This document shows positions 1 to 13,438 of a stretch of 64,000 nucleotides of DNA, piece after piece. Numbering within the stretch: position 1 is the stretch's first letter; the number at the start of each line of letters is the position of its first letter. The stretch spans positions 1,875,918 through 1,939,917 of the forward strand of contig MU004188.1 of assembly GCA_010093605.1 (NCBI GenBank), given 5' to 3'. The notes beneath the pieces are model-generated. The model was not told the origin of the DNA, searched no databases, and saw only the letters and a list, made by a program, of their open reading frames with translations. The position numbers and the translations under genes are program-made. Source of the DNA: Lophium mytilinum. Its lineage: Eukaryota.

Positions 1-2576
1 GGATGTCTACCGGCACGACGCATGTTCTTAAACTTCATCAAAGCCTCGTTCAAGTGTGACGATGATCGACCGTGAGTCTTTTCGAGCAAGTCAGTGACGG
101 CGACGGATCCCTTGTTGTCGGTGGTAGCCGCATATGGATCGAAAGAGTCTTCATAGGCGGGAGTTGCAGGGATGGGTGCCGGGTGAGCGAAGTTTGGGTA
201 CTGAGCTGGTGCGTAAACGGGTTCTGGTGCAGGGTGCTTGTAGCTATACCATCGATGCTGGAGGTCAGGACGATCAAGCTTCACGAGAACCTGCTCCACC
301 AGCGAAGACGTTAGTTGCTCGGTAGGCGTACCACTGGAAGCGACAACTTCCAACAGATGAGCAAAGCGTGCTGCGTGGCCGACATCGATGACAGAAGTGT
401 TGAGAATCATTCCTGATTGGACCTGCATGAGAAGCGTAAGATCTTTCCAGTGGAGCTGAGCAATTCCATCGGGACCCATTCCGGCGAGGAGATGGGCCGC
501 AACTGGCGTAACGAGACCACCATTCTCAATCATGGTCCACATGAGTTCCATGGTAGCCCGTACGGGGAGGAAGATTGCTCGCTTTTCCATGAACTGACCA
601 ATGACTTCAACGGCTTCATCGATCTGCTCAACAATCTCCATCTTCGCTTGATTAGACTGATTCTGGGAGTCTCGGATGCGGGAGAACATCTGTCGGCTCT
701 GGCGGAGACCTTGTTCGGACTGACCACTACCAATAAGACCGATGGTGTGCATGGTAGTGAACTCGATGAACTGAGGCTTGGTGATGGAGAACTCCAAGAG
801 CTTCCAGAACGACTCTGCGGCCTCGATGTTGCCATTACGGACGTGCATGGCGCCCATAGCCATAGCTACACGGGACAAGTCAGTATTATCAGGGAGTTCT
901 TGGAAGGCCTTCGTAGCAATATCGATGTTGTTGGTGTCAGCAGCGCGGATGCTGATGGCTGCCATAGCGATAGTCCGAGCTTCAGCGCCCAGCTTTTCAG
1001 CCTGATCCAAAGCCTCGGTGAACGATAGGTTCCTCACAGCTTCTGGAACAAAGGCCTTTAGACCCACAATATCTCGTAGGGGTGCTGCCTCTGCCGGATC
1101 CAACAGAGCTTCTTCAATCTTGGATAAGAACTTTTGACCTCCTTCGGTTCTGCCGCAGATGACATATGCTTTGATCAAAGAGGCGTATACGTCGTTATCC
1201 TTGCGTGACAAGGAGATGTCTCCGTTATCATTCGCAATTGCCAAGGCCTTGTACTCGTCGTAGCACTCAACGGCACTCCGTAGATCACCGCACTTGCCGA
1301 AGGCGTGAATCATGGGGACGAACATGTCAGCACACGGAATAACATTTCTGCTTTCCATATGCGCAAAGATCCGGACCATATCCTCAACACGGTCAGACTC
1401 GGCGCAGGCTGATACTAGCACTCTGTACGTCATTTCGTCAAAAGAGCGGGACAACTTGTTCACTGTTGCAACATCGAACAGCTTCACGGCGTAGCTTAGG
1501 GAGTCGTCCTCGCCCAATATTTCGTATTCGGTCGCGTTGGAGTGAAGCATGAATCGGCCCTCCTCTTCCATACCGCCATATCGGGTTCTCTTTTCTTCTA
1601 ATTCCTGTTTCATAGACATCACCTCCAACGACCGGATTGATAGAACCTCAATCAGCGTAGAGTATGTCACGGTATCGGGAGAAACTCCGCGGCGGAGCAT
1701 GTTCGAGTAGACATCGAGAGCTTTGGGAACCACCTGGTGCTTGGACTTGGGAAGCTTGATGGCAGCCGAAAGAAGCGCATTGTAAGCAGATGTCGACGGC
1801 TTAACGCCAGTGCGGAGCATCGACTCGAAAACAGCTGGAATCTCGGCATAGTGGTGGCCTTCGGCGAGCTTGTTGAGCTGCTCGGTGTAAACATCAATCT
1901 CCGAAACACTGGTGGCTAGGCTTGAACCAGTACGGCTCAGGGGTAGAGAGGAGGCGACCTCGGACTCAACAGCAGGAGACTTCGCCACCACCTCCTCTAC
2001 TAAGGGCTCTTCTTCGAATAGCTTCGGCGATGCATCTTGCTTGGCTTTCGCCACTTCTTTCGCAAGATTCTCGTCAATCTGCGCAAGAGCAAAATCCTCC
2101 GCCTTTCCTTCGCTAACAACTTTCCTGAAGTCATCTACCGTGCTTGTGCTGTATGCGCGGCTGATGCCGGCTCGAGCGGGGAGAGGCTCAGCGACATCTT
2201 CAACTGCAACAGTGTCCTTGGCGGCGGCCTTGGAGTCTGGCGCAGCTGCCGGAGGCTTCCATTCAATCCGCTTGCGAAATTGGAACTGTTCCCACTCCTT
2301 CTCTTCAACTTTCTGGTGCTTTTGCCACGCGGCGTAATAGGCGGCTAGACCGGAGTCTGCCTGGTTATTCGCAGGCTTGACAGCATTGTTCGCGTGGGCC
2401 GAATTCGACGCGAAAGCAGTGTGAGTTCGAACTGAGACGGGCTTTCCGAAGCGGTCCTGGAGATTCGAGCTGAAGGGCCCGTTCTGCGAGGTGTAGGCGA
2501 CGAGGGATTGAGGTGTACCGTGGGTGAAACTCTTAACGAGATTCTGGCGCGCGAGAGCGAAGCTCTTAAAGACCAT
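1..2576 (-). CDS. Mitochondrial PPR translation regulator, Cya5/Pet309-like (3' end runs off the window)
   Basis: ATG at 2576 (MVFKSFALARQNLVKSFTHG). The frame appears to stay open to position 1, which would explain its absence from the ORF track. PPR-like helical repeats such as VFESMLRTGVKPSTSAYNALL and DVYSNMLRRGVSPDTVTYSTLI. Confidence 0.8.
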   Translation of the reverse strand, partial: MVFKSFALARQNLVKSFTHGTPQSLVAYTSQNGPFSSNLQDRFGKPVSVRTHTAFASNSAHANNAVKPANNQADSGLAAYYAAWQKHQKVEEKEWEQFQFRKRIEWKPPAAAPDSKAAAKDTVAVEDVAEPLPARAGISRAYSTSTVDDFRKVVSEGKAEDFALAQIDENLAKEVAKAKQDASPKLFEEEPLVEEVVAKSPAVESEVASSLPLSRTGSSLATSVSEIDVYTEQLNKLAEGHHYAEIPAVFESMLRTGVKPSTSAYNALLSAAIKLPKSKHQVVPKALDVYSNMLRRGVSPDTVTYSTLIEVLSIRSLEVMSMKQELEEKRTRYGGMEEEGRFMLHSNATEYEILGEDDSLSYAVKLFDVATVNKLSRSFDEMTYRVLVSACAESDRVEDMVRIFAHMESRNVIPCADMFVPMIHAFGKCGDLRSAVECYDEYKALAIANDNGDISLSRKDNDVYASLIKAYVICGRTEGGQKFLSKIEEALLDPAEAAPLRDIVGLKAFVPEAVRNLSFTEALDQAEKLGAEARTIAMAAISIRAADTNNIDIATKAFQELPDNTDLSRVAMAMGAMHVRNGNIEAAESFWKLLEFSITKPQFIEFTTMHTIGLIGSGQSEQGLRQSRQMFSRIRDSQNQSNQAKMEIVEQIDEAVEVIGQFMEKRAIFLPVRATMELMWTMIENGGLVTPVAAHLLAGMGPDGIAQLHWKDLTLLMQVQSGMILNTSVIDVGHAARFAHLLEVVASSGTPTEQLTSSLVEQVLVKLDRPDLQHRWYSYKHPAPEPVYAPAQYPNFAHPAPIPATPAYEDSFDPYAATTDNKGSVAVTDLLEKTHGRSSSHLNEALMKFKNMRRAGRH

Positions 2577-3891
2577 TTAGGAGATGGATAAGCCCTTCAA
2601 TTTGGAAGGGTGAGACTGCAAGGGATCAGTATGTGGACTCGAGCTCGACGGGGGGAAACTCGGTGCTGTCGTACTATTATTCTCAAGGCGCGATGTTGAT
2701 GCAGGTTCATTTGACGACAACAGGCCGTCAAAGAACGCGCTGAAGGGGGTATAGGTTGAAGGGTTTGGGGTATGGAGTGTGGGCGGCGCGGTGGCAGGTA
2801 GGAACAGCAAGCAAAACAAGCGTCCCGAGTCTAATGAGAAGAGTGAAAAATTAGGAGGGTATAATGAAGGATGGCAGAGCTAGCCTGAGGACAGGTAGAC
2901 AGCTTGCAGGCTGGGTAATGAAAAGGAAAGGTGTGTGGTGGTGACGACTGCTAGGTGCCGCGTCTCCAAAAAGTAGACCCGAATTCTTCCTTGCGTCTAA
3001 CTCGGTTCGGGGATACGATGACACGTGCACCAGGGGGCTTTGTAAAGGGCCCAGGCTGGATATGCATAATTTGGAGCTGTGAGAAAGTAGCTCTGGGCAT
3101 TGTAGCCAGTCTAGCGAATATAGCATCGCGGATTAAGAGACACCACAGGCAATTCAGCTTTAGGTGTCGCACATGGACGTCGCGAGGGGCCAAAAGAAGG
3201 TTTACACTTTCCGACACCTCCTATGGTTCAGATAGACAGTTACATATGTGTTTTGAGTGCGACATTCAACTGCAGTTGTCAAGTTTGGATGACCTTCCCT
3301 TCGTTCTTTGCGCCTTGAAACACCGGAGGCATTCAGATGGCTAAACTGCAGAATTGTGAGTGGCAGGCTGGGCGTGTGGCTTTCGATCTCGAAATTCGCG
3401 CACAGGGGCGCAGCTGGGAGAAGAACATCGGCGACGGCGACAGAAGACCACCGACCGCCCGTCCTCAAGCACTGAGTCACCGCCGCGATTAGTTGCACGA
3501 GTATTCTGCGGAAGAGCTGCTGCACCCCGCCCCAAGAGCCCGTCTTTGAGGCTTCGCGGGCTTCCTGTTTGGCGGCCTCCCTCCACCTGACGCGGCATCC
3601 AACGGCCTTCCCCGTCCAATCCGCGGGCTGTCAACTGGCACAAAGGCCTGCTCCAGCCCTGCGTCCCAGCTCCACGGCTCCAGTGACGCGAACGGGAGAC
3701 AGTGCCGGAATTCTGACAAGCTTCCCCACGTCCCAAGTCCGGCAGGACGGAGGCCACTCACCATAAGCTGAGGTCACAAGAGCTCTCCAGCTTTTCCGCC
3801 CTACATCAATCAGGTATCGCCGGTGAGAAGTGGCTCCCACAATCTACCGCAACACGAAGATCGATACCCATATCCAACCCCATCATCTGCC

Positions 3892-5677
3892 ATGGCTGCC
3901 GCGCTCTCCCGGAAGGCTGTGTCTGCGCCCGGAAAGGTCCTGCTAGCTGGAGGCTATCTCGTGCTGGACCGCGAGCATACGGGCCTCGTCTTTGGTCTGG
4001 ACGCCCGCATCCATGTCCACATCGAGCCGCTGCAGACCAGCCAGGGCGTCGTGCTCTCCGAGATCATTGTCAAATCGCCACAGTTCCTGAATGCCAATTG
4101 GGAGTATGGCTACAGGCTGACCGAGGGCGAGGGCGGCATTGCTGTTACTCAGCTCAGAGTGTGAGTGGTTTGCAATTTCCGTCTTCTCCAGGGATTCTCC
4201 TCGGTCTATTGAGCATTGTCTCACATGCTTGCATGCACCTTGGCAGGTACTAGCACCATGGCAGGAGTTGAGGAACTGCCTTTTGAGAACTAGTCCTCTA
4301 GCTGCGATCGTATTGTATTGTCCTAGTCCATCACGTTTATGTCGTTCCTCCTTCCAATCTCATACCTTTGTACAAGTGTTGTCAAATTTCGGTTCTTGCA
4401 CATGTTTTTTAATCTTAGTCACGTGGTGTTCAATTTCCGTCTATTAGCGTTCAGTCATTCCTTTTGGCCTATCTTTTCTTTCTTCAATAGGGATATTCAA
4501 GTATGCATCAGACTTTGACGCGTCTGATCAAAACGTCTCATTGCCCGTGCTCACACTTCACAGCTCCGTCGATGACCCCCTCCTCCGGAACCCCTTTGTT
4601 GAAACTGCGCTCAGCTATGCCCTGACATACATTTCGACATCACTACCACACCACCTTATCCAGCCCGCTTCAATCTCAATCATAGCAGACACAGACTACT
4701 ACTCGCAACCTGCCAAACGCTCTGCGTCCAACTCCCGCTTCCTCAACTTCGATGTACCTCTCTGGGACGCCCACAAGACCGGTCTCGGATCCTCCGCAGC
4801 CCTCGTAACTGCCTTCACAGGTGCTCTTCTGGCCCACTACCTCCCCAAATCCCGATTCGATCTAACCACCGACACGGGACGCCAACGACTCCACAACCTC
4901 TCCCAAGCAGCCCATTGCGCTGCCCAAGGCAAAGTCGGCTCTGGCTTCGATGTCGCTTCCGCAGTATACGGATCTTGTCTCTACAAGCGCTTTTCTCCTT
5001 CCATACTTCAGTCACACGGCGAGCCCGGCACTCCTCTATTCAGCAAGAAACTGAAGGCCCTTGTCGACGAAAACGGCGTGAAATGGGATACCGAGATCGT
5101 AAAATCCGCCGTCGACATCCCCAAGGGATTGAGACTGGTCATGTGTGATGTCGACTGCGGCTCCAAGACGCCTGGCATGGTGAAGAAAGTGCTACAGTGG
5201 CGGAAAGAGAAGCCCGAGGAGGCCGAAAAGATCTGGAGCGAGCTTCAGAAACGCAATGACGGACTGGCTGCTGAATTAGTGCGATTGTCAAAATCGAACT
5301 CAACCGAGTATTCCGAGCTTCGCGAATGCATCGCCAGAATTCGAGCGCTTATTCGCGAAATGTCGGAGGCCTCTGGCGTGCCGATTGAGCCCGAAGAACA
5401 GACGCAGTTGCTGGACACCTGCTCAAAGATCCCCGGGGTCGTTGGGGGTGTGGTTCCAGGAGCTGGAGGCTATGATGCTGTTTCTTTGCTCGTTGAGAAC
5501 AAGCCTGACGTTATTGAGAGCATAAAGAAGGCATTGGCAGACTGGAAAGTCAACGAGGGAGTAGACACGGGCGCCGTGACGATCGGTAAGGTTAGTATGC
5601 TTGGTGTGAGGGAGGAGATGGAAGGGGTAAGATTAGAGGATCCCACGATGTACGGCGAATGGGTTGAGGGGCATTGA
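3892..5677 (+). CDS. ERG8: Phosphomevalonate kinase (GHMP family)
   Basis: SAPGKVLLAGGYLVL, KTGLGSSAA, AQGKVGSGFDVA and VPGAGGYDA motifs. Exons 3892-4160 and 4564-5677 join in frame across a 403-nt GT-AG intron. Confidence 0.95.
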
Positions 5678-6702
5678 CGACGTCTTGCCATCTGGACTTT
5701 GCAATTGAGACCTTGAGAACGGGTTGATTCTAGATAGATATCCTGCAGTGTTTGACAGCCTTCAACCGGTTTGAGGTTTGTCAAAAGTGCGATTGAACCT
5801 CGGTCTCGGTTGCTGCGCATCGAGATCGTTGAAGCCCCTTCCGAATATCAGGGATTCAAAAGTAACGCTATCCCACCCTCTGATATCGTGATGCATCAAC
5901 GAAATAAAGATAAAGTCCATTGTGTCGTTGCCTTGAAATACAAAACTAGCAATCTCCGAATTAAGGGAGTCGACATTGGGTGTAACAACCTCCCCGCTTA
6001 CTAATAGCCATATTCGGCCTCTGGTGATTCCAAACGTCCTGACGTCGATTCTACGTCCGCGTGTCGGCTTTAGTGAATCTTGGACCAAACCAGACGGGCT
6101 GTACCCAAATCCCATCTGACAGCGATAACAATAGCGTGATAGGGCTGCCAAATTTATCTAGCTATTTGTCAAGTGATCGGGCCAGACTGCTCGCATGCAC
6201 GTACAGAATGCAGAAGAAGCAGCGGAGACGGAGGAAATACCGTCATGCAGGGGCGATAGGATCATGCTTCTCGCTGCGCGCGCCTTGAAATTGCAAGGGG
6301 AGCGTCGCCGTCGCGATGAAAAGGAGTTCACTCCGTCGCAGGCGAGATAGTCGGGAGAAAGAACAGCAAAAAGCGGCTAAGCACTGTCTGCCGCGACCGT
6401 CCAGGCCTTGTGTCGGTTTCCTTGTGGTGACATGTTCAACTAAGCCTTTCAGGTGGTGTGGAGAAAATCGCCCTAAACCCATAAGCCTGACACCCTGACT
6501 CCCGCGACAAGCCAATCCTCAATACCGCCCATGTGCAACAACACCCGCCAATCCACCCAATTCTCACCAACAAACACCGTCGCTCATTCTGAAGCCCGCC
6601 GCGCAGAACGTCCCGTCGTTCGCTCACCGCCGTCCCCTCGTTTTCCCCGTCTCCGTTCTCCCCGCGGCTCTTACCAGCCCCCTGGTCCTCCTCAGCTGAG
6701 AA

Positions 6703-7879
6703 ATGGCGACGTCGTCCGAGCAACTCCCAGTGATCGCGCCGAACGCAAATCTGCCAGCGCAGCAGCCTCTATCGGAAGGTTCGGAGGGTGCTGCGCGAGG
6801 TACCACGCCAGTTGAGATGCGGACGCTGGCATCAGCGTCACAATCTACTGCGCAGCCCATATCCTCCGGTCCTCCTCAACTATCACTACCAGCGAAGGGA
6901 GAGTCGTCATTGTCGCAGGATATAGCGGAGGCAAGGTCGGAAGGGGCAACACCAACACAGGCGATTACAGTGCAACCATCATCCTCAACTGCGCAGATCG
7001 GTGAAGCTCCTGCCCTCACAAACACTATGACGAATGAGGGAATCGGGCCCAATACAGATAGTCCGGTCATAGCAGCGGCGAAGAACCCAGATATTTCAGA
7101 GGGACCGGTCATCACAATAACTCTGCTTCTTACAAATGGCGCAAGGCACCCGTACAGGGTTGACGGGAAATATCTGAAGAGGCGTAAGATTACTGTAGAG
7201 GAGAATAACCCGTTCAACATCAGTGTGTATACGCTCAAAGAACTAATATTGCGGGATTGGCGGTCAGGTACGGTTACTCCGCGTGGTAGAGACGTTGCGT
7301 GGATAGAACGTGCTAATACGTGGTTTCGTTGTAGAATGGGAAGCGAAACCCTCGTCACCGAGTTCGATACGGCTGATACACTTTGGACGGATGCTGGATG
7401 ATAAGGTACCACTAAAAGGTGAGCAGGAACTCCCCTAAAAGTGCCCCTGCTTGTCGTAGGAAGGTGTCTGCAAAGGCGTTTCCTCCGTCTTTCGATTCCT
7501 TTTCCTCAACAAACAAAAGAACCATCGCAACACTCCACATTCACAACGTCCAATTCTTCCAATAAGCTTATCCTGAGCTCTCACGGGACTCTACCATTAC
7601 TACTGAACTCTTCAAGAGATTCGAAGGTCTTGTTTCATTTCTCGACGCTGTTCACTATTTCCTTAGCAACACGCCTTAGCACACCGAGACACTATAAAAG
7701 ATCATATTTGCTAACACCCTACAGACTGCCGCTTCCAAACAGAAGCACCAAACGTGGTGCATATGACCATAAAGCCACAAGAGATCGTCGACGAAGAAGA
7801 AACAAGAACGGGTAAGGGTGGAAGCCGCCGAGACGGCGACGACGAAGCACACGCCGGGTGTCGTTGTGTGATCCTATGA
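6703..7879 (+). CDS. UBL3/MUB-like membrane-anchored ubiquitin-fold protein
   Basis: Exons 6703-7267, 7335-7418 and 7725-7879 give ISVYTLKELILRDW..PSSPSSIRLIHFGRMLDDK..NVVHMTIKP, ending in a CAAX box (GCRCVIL*). Confidence 0.85.
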
Positions 7880-8727
7880 CACTCGATAGCTCACGACAGC
7901 CACTCTTCCCGGTTCCTTGTCATCTTTTCCTTTCCAGCGCTTACTCTCTTCCTCAGCAACATGGTGTTCCGCAGCAGACTTCGAAGTTTCAAAACCTGGT
8001 TTTGCAATAAGTTCAGACGCAGAGACCCGGAACCCCCTGCTCCCCCTGCTGCCCCTGCTCGCGGTCGTTCCTCATCTCCCCGCCGCCCGTCACCACCTCG
8101 CAAGCGTACGGCTTCTGAGCCTTTCGCTCCACCTCCCGCATATGATGCGCCCCCGCGACCTGCTGGCCGGGGCCGAAGTGCATGATACGATTCAGCGCCT
8201 CCATCCGCTCTTTTTCGCTGCTCTCATCCGTTCGCTTCCACCGACGTAGATATCTCCGGACCTCTTCATAGCAGGCGTTCAGGCCCATCGTTTCCTGTAT
8301 TTCTCCTTCCCAGTCGTCATCCTTTCCATGTGCATACGGACCCCCAGTACGGCAGTCGAAGCTACGAACGTGTTTTCTCTTTCATTCTTGTTGTGTGCTG
8401 TATACTAGGATTTGGTGCTCTTTGAGCGCTGAATTGGGTTATTGATATGGGTGCGTTGGAGCGGGCGTGTCTGGATTGGTCTGCATAGATATGGTTAATG
8501 GAGTTGTTGATTTAGTCCGCTGGGACTCTGATTTGAATCTTGTCTGGGTCTCTAAATGCTTGAGATGAAGTGATATCGTCACTGTGTGTTCTAATTTACC
8601 TTTGGAGCTTCGGATTACCCTGAAGTGGATATTTATAGAGACCCTGTCCGCTTACTCCAACCACGGACGCAGTGACGCAACCCCGCGAAATCTTGAGACA
8701 GCTCCAACCTTCAACACCCACACCAAT

Positions 8728-9935
8728 ATGAAGCCCCTAATAGCAGTTCCAGCAACAATTGCGCTCCTATACCGCGCCTGGTCGCGGAACTCCCTCACAC
8801 CAGTCGGCCTCGTCGTTGCGGGCACTACTGCCGTCATCCACGCGATCCACCCATGGAGCGTGTTCTTCGCACTACTAGGCGTCTTCTTCCTCTCCGGAAC
8901 CGCTGTAACGAAGGCAAGCGTCCCAGGAACCGCGCATACAAGAACCTATTCTAATACTATTACCAGGTTAAACACGACGTCAAAGCCCGCCTCACACACT
9001 CATCAACCGGCTCCCCCGGCGGCGAAGGCCCGCGCAACCACATCCAAGTCCTCGCGAACTCGTTAGTCGCGACGGTGCTTATAGCCATCCACTCCTACGA
9101 CATCTTGACAGGCGATAGAACGCGGGCGTTCAGTCTCACGGACAAGGGATCGTGCTGGGGGCGCGCGAACGACGTGCTGGTCGTTGGAATTGTTGCGTGA
9201 GTTTACCCGGGCTTACCGCCTCGAGAATACGGGACAGATACTGACGAGCAGGGTTACAGGAACTACGCGGCTACGGCTTCAGATACTTTCTCATCGGAGC
9301 TAGGTATACTCTCGGAATCTCCACCGCGACTCATCACGGCGCCGTGGCGCGTGGTTCCGCCGGGAACGAATGGCGGCGTTACGGTTACGGGACTTAGTGC
9401 TGGGCTGCTGGGATCGTTTATTGTTGCGGCGACTTCGACGCTGCTGATTCCGTTTTGCTCGTCCTGGTCGGCTGCTGATAAGGCGCAATACACGGCTGCC
9501 CTGACCTTTGCGGGTTTCACGGGGACGCTGCTGGATTCGCTTCTAGGAGCGCTCTTCCAGGCCAGCGTGGTAGACGTACAGTCTGGAAAGGTGGTAGAGG
9601 GCGCAGGGGGGAGGAAGGTCCTAGTCCACAGCGCTGGATCGCTGCATATCAAGCAAGAAGCGAAGCTGCGGAATCGGGGGGACGCGGCGGCTGGTGTTGC
9701 TAGGACCTCTGCGCTGGAAGGACCCCCAAGCGCGTCGACTCGCTCGAAAGCTGTGGATGCGTCGGGAGAGGTGGCTAAAAATGGCTTGCATGAGAGTAGA
9801 CGAGTGGAGGTCGGACATGATATCCTAGACAACAATGCGGTCAATTTATTGATGGCGTTGTTGGTGAGTGTGGGATCTATGGTCGTGGCTTGCTCGGTAT
9901 GGGGGCTCCCTATCAGCAGCATTATCTCTGCTTGA
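8728..9935 (+). CDS. TMEM19/DUF92 integral membrane protein
   Basis: SLTPVG, GEGPRNHIQVLANS, DTFSSELG, VPPGTNGGVT, LDSLLGALFQ and LDNNAVN motifs. The first intron (8914-8966) has a GC donor. Confidence 0.9.
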
Positions 9936-10335
9936 TAGTTATACGAAGGCAATGTTGTAGAAGCTGCATCTTTGAAGTGAAGAAGCATGCTATACCTGGT
10001 ACTAGACTTGCGATAGAAACTTTAGAAGTAACGGATGATGAAACTATTTATTGAAATTTTTGCAAACTAGGGTGTGAACTCTTCACTATATACACTTAAC
10101 AGACCCCATCTATCAACATCTTAAACAAACATCGTCTCAACTCCAATACAATCGAAATTTCAATATCACGTGCGCCAAGCTTCACTAGCGCGTGTTCGCG
10201 TTCGCTCGCAGCCTTGAGCTCACGACAGCTTCAACATCTCGATCAAACATCAACAACCTCAACCTCACCGCCATCCACCCTCCCGATACTACCAAACACT
10301 AAACTCCGAAACCGACCTCATCCCAAACCACCAAA

Positions 10336-10948
10336 ATGGTATGCTCCTCTCCCTCTATAACCTCTAAACCCTCCCCAACTCACCCTCTCCACAGTCCCTC
10401 CGCTTCGTCCCCCCCCACCAAAACCCAACCACCACGACCCCCGAACTCGGCGCCCCCTCCGCCCCGGGCATTCACGACACCCTCCGCTCCCGCGCCGCCC
10501 TCACCTCCACGCCTTCAACCCTCAAGTCCACAACTTCTACTTCCAGCGGTCCCGTCGTGCTCGACTCAGCCCACCCCCTCGAAGCCCGCCTCACGCAGTG
10601 GCGCACAACCCAGGACGCCGTCAAGATGGAGGGCCTGCGGCGCACGTTCGGCATCGCGGAGCCGGTGCGGCGCGGGATGGAGCTGCGTATTGCGGGCGCG
10701 GGCGAGTGGCGGCCGGCTGTGTTGGGGGGCGCAAGCGGGGTGCATAGCGATATTCTGGCTGGGAGGGATACGGAGGTGGCGTGGGAGGATGTTTTTGTTG
10801 GTGAGTTTGTGCCTGATCTATTGCGGGGGATGGAAATCGGGGAAGGGGCGTTTGAGACAGAGGCTAACGTGTGTGATTAGGGAATGAGCTAAGGGAGGTG
10901 CCAGACTTCCATAGCGAGATGGAGGCGCGGATGAAGATGAATTGGTGA
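10336..10948 (+). CDS. UMP1: Proteasome maturation factor
   Basis: HPLEARL..W, LRRTFGIAEPVRRGME, HSDILAGRD..W and FHSEMEARM motifs. Exons 10336-10338 (ATG only), 10395-10800 and 10881-10948. Confidence 0.9.
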
Positions 10949-11957
10949 AGGGGGTAGAGGGGATAAGGGTGGGATGATGAGGGGTGCGGAGGTGCTGGCC
11001 ACGGATGGGCTTCAACGATGAGGGAGAGGAGCTTTAGCATGGCTCACACGAGGTTGGCAGTAGAGAGGCGGGTCGGTGAGATTGATGGATGACTGCATTG
11101 GCACAACAAGAAATCGAACTAAACATACCTCATAGAGAGACGAGCGCCGAGTTCGTGCATTTCAGTGCATTCGCGGTCCTCGAGAATAAATAAATCAGAG
11201 TCAAGCCCGGAAATCGGAAGTCAGCATTTCGTGTATGGCACAAGCTACGTGTGACGTAAGAAGCTATGAGTGCTAAATTCTTCTCGTTGATTTGCTAAGC
11301 TTGCTACTACTACTTTGACGTAGGGACTTAATTCAAGCTGTCAACATGAAAGTGTCTCCGCACCTTTTTGACAGATTGCTGAAGTAAAACTAGAACTCTA
11401 TCTCAGCCATTTCTGACACATGATACTAAAGACGCTAACGTCAACATAGACCTTCGGAACTCATAGCTAATCGATAGAGTGACTTCTATAATGCTAAACC
11501 TCAAGCACAACCCATACATAGGCCCCATCGTCAACAATACCCAAAGCGAGAGTGACAATGGAACTAAGGACTACCCCGGGCTTCGGAGTGCTCACTCAAA
11601 TGCCATGCAGCTTCCATGCCGATCCTCAGCCTCGCCTCCCCACCTCACCGAAAACGAGCAATGCTTCGATCAAATGATTTTACTAATCACACGTGGAGAT
11701 TGTCGGCTTTACAGGATTTTAAGCCCGGAATCGGGCAAGGAATAGGTAAATATACCAAACTTCCGTGTCCCATACTCCCCAGACGATTTACGCTACCACA
11801 AACCTATATAATGTCGCTAACTCTACCCACTCTGCTCCTGATAGGCTTCCTCTATAAACTCTGGCAGCGACTAGCGCACTTCCTCTCCGGTCAGCTGCAA
11901 TCACGTGACCGCTCAAATCTTCCCCCTAACATATCTACCCCTACTAGCAATATCAAC

Positions 11958-12760
11958 ATGCCTCCCCTTTCCCCAGAGGACCTCGTCCTCGTCACCGGCG
12001 CAAACGGCCACGTCGCACAACACGTCGTCGACCAATTCCTCTCCCTCCCCACGGGGCCTCGCGTCCGTGCAACCGTTCGTTCAGCTTCGTCCGCCGCTGG
12101 ACTAGAATCCCACTTCGCGGCCTCCCTCGCCTCCTCCCGCCTCGAAATCGTGCTCATCCCCGACCTCCTCGCCCCGGACGCCTTTTCCGAAGCGCTAACC
12201 GACGTAACCCACATCGCCCACGTCGCCTCCCCGCTTGCGATCAACGTCACCGACGTCTCGCGCGACCTGCTCGCCCCCGCCATCACCGGCACCACCGCCC
12301 TGCTCACCGCCGCGCTCACCAGCCCCTCTCTTAAAAGCGTCGTCGTAACCGGTAGCTTCGCGGCCGTGATGGACGTCGCAAAGCACCCGCGCCCGGGCTA
12401 CGTCTACACGGCCGCGGACTGGAACCCCATCACTTACGCCGAAGCCGCGGACCCGGCGCTCGATCTCTCGCGGTGGCCGGCCGTCTATCGGCCGTTTGTG
12501 ACGTACATGGCGAGCAAGACGCTGGCGGAGCGGGCGGCGTGGGAGGTGTGGGAGCGGGAAAGGCCGCGGTGGGGGTTGAGTGTGCTGTTGCCGTCGTATA
12601 TCGGCGGGCCGTATGTGCTGCCGTTGAAGGGGGGCGCGGAGGGGTTGAGTTGGAGTACGGGGTTGGTGTGGGGGGTTGCGAAGGGGGGGAAGTTGCCGGC
12701 GGTGGATTATCCGGATTGGACGGATGTGAGGGATGTGGCGGGGGCGCATGTGAGGGCGTT

Positions 12761-12792
<32 letters not shown>

Positions 12793-13127
12793 TGTTTTTG
12801 GGGGGGGGGGGGATAACGTATAGTGATGTGAGTTTTGAGTATCGTCGGTGGTGGGGCAGGGGATGAGTGCGTGCTGACGGTGATAGATTGCGGATATTGT
12901 GAGGAAGAACTTTACGCAGCTGAAACCATCGGATGAGAAACAGGTGGTATGTTCGAAACTCTGCTTTTCTGTGTTGTCCGATATAGGTTGATGTATTCGT
13001 CTAGGAGACATATCACGACGTGGACACGTCTGAAGCTGCTGAGGTCTTGGGTATCACGGAATGGACTTCCATGGAAAAGATGGTGGTTGATAGTGTCAGC
13101 CAGGTATTGGAGTATGAGGGGAAATAA
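11958..13127 (+). CDS. NAD(P)-dependent epimerase/aldehyde reductase (GRE2-like extended SDR)
   Basis: VLVTGANGHVA Rossmann motif, HVASP, catalytic YMASK, DVRDVAGAH. Two 3' introns. A poly-G tract at 12763-12812 is probably a sequence error. Confidence 0.85.
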
Positions 13128-13438
13128 CTCAAACCTCCTGTTGGAAACCAATCCTCGCACATAACTCGACATTGCGAAGTTCGGAGGTATCGCTGAGAGT
13201 AGGGCACTCAAAGCATGCCGTTCAAGCAGCGGGCCGTGCGTTGTGGTAATCTAAATGGCGCGAAGGGATACGAAATTTCGTCTTCGTCGACGAACAGAAG
13301 GGAAGGTCAAGCTTGATCGTATTTAGCATTATCTTCTGCAGTATTGCTACAAACCGGTTGATCGAACCGCTTCCAAGACGCCTCATGAACTTGTGACAGA
13401 TTCCAACCCCATTGTCGGAAAGGATACGCCAATTTGCA

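Noticed and set aside
5762..6151. 129-aa minus-strand ORF downstream of ERG8
   Set aside because: Non-ATG start and no recognisable motif or splice support.
12763..12812. Poly-G tract encoding poly-Gly in the SDR reductase
   Set aside because: It replaces a normally ordinary segment (ALE...R.F/Y) in a G-rich region. A base-calling or assembly artefact is more likely.
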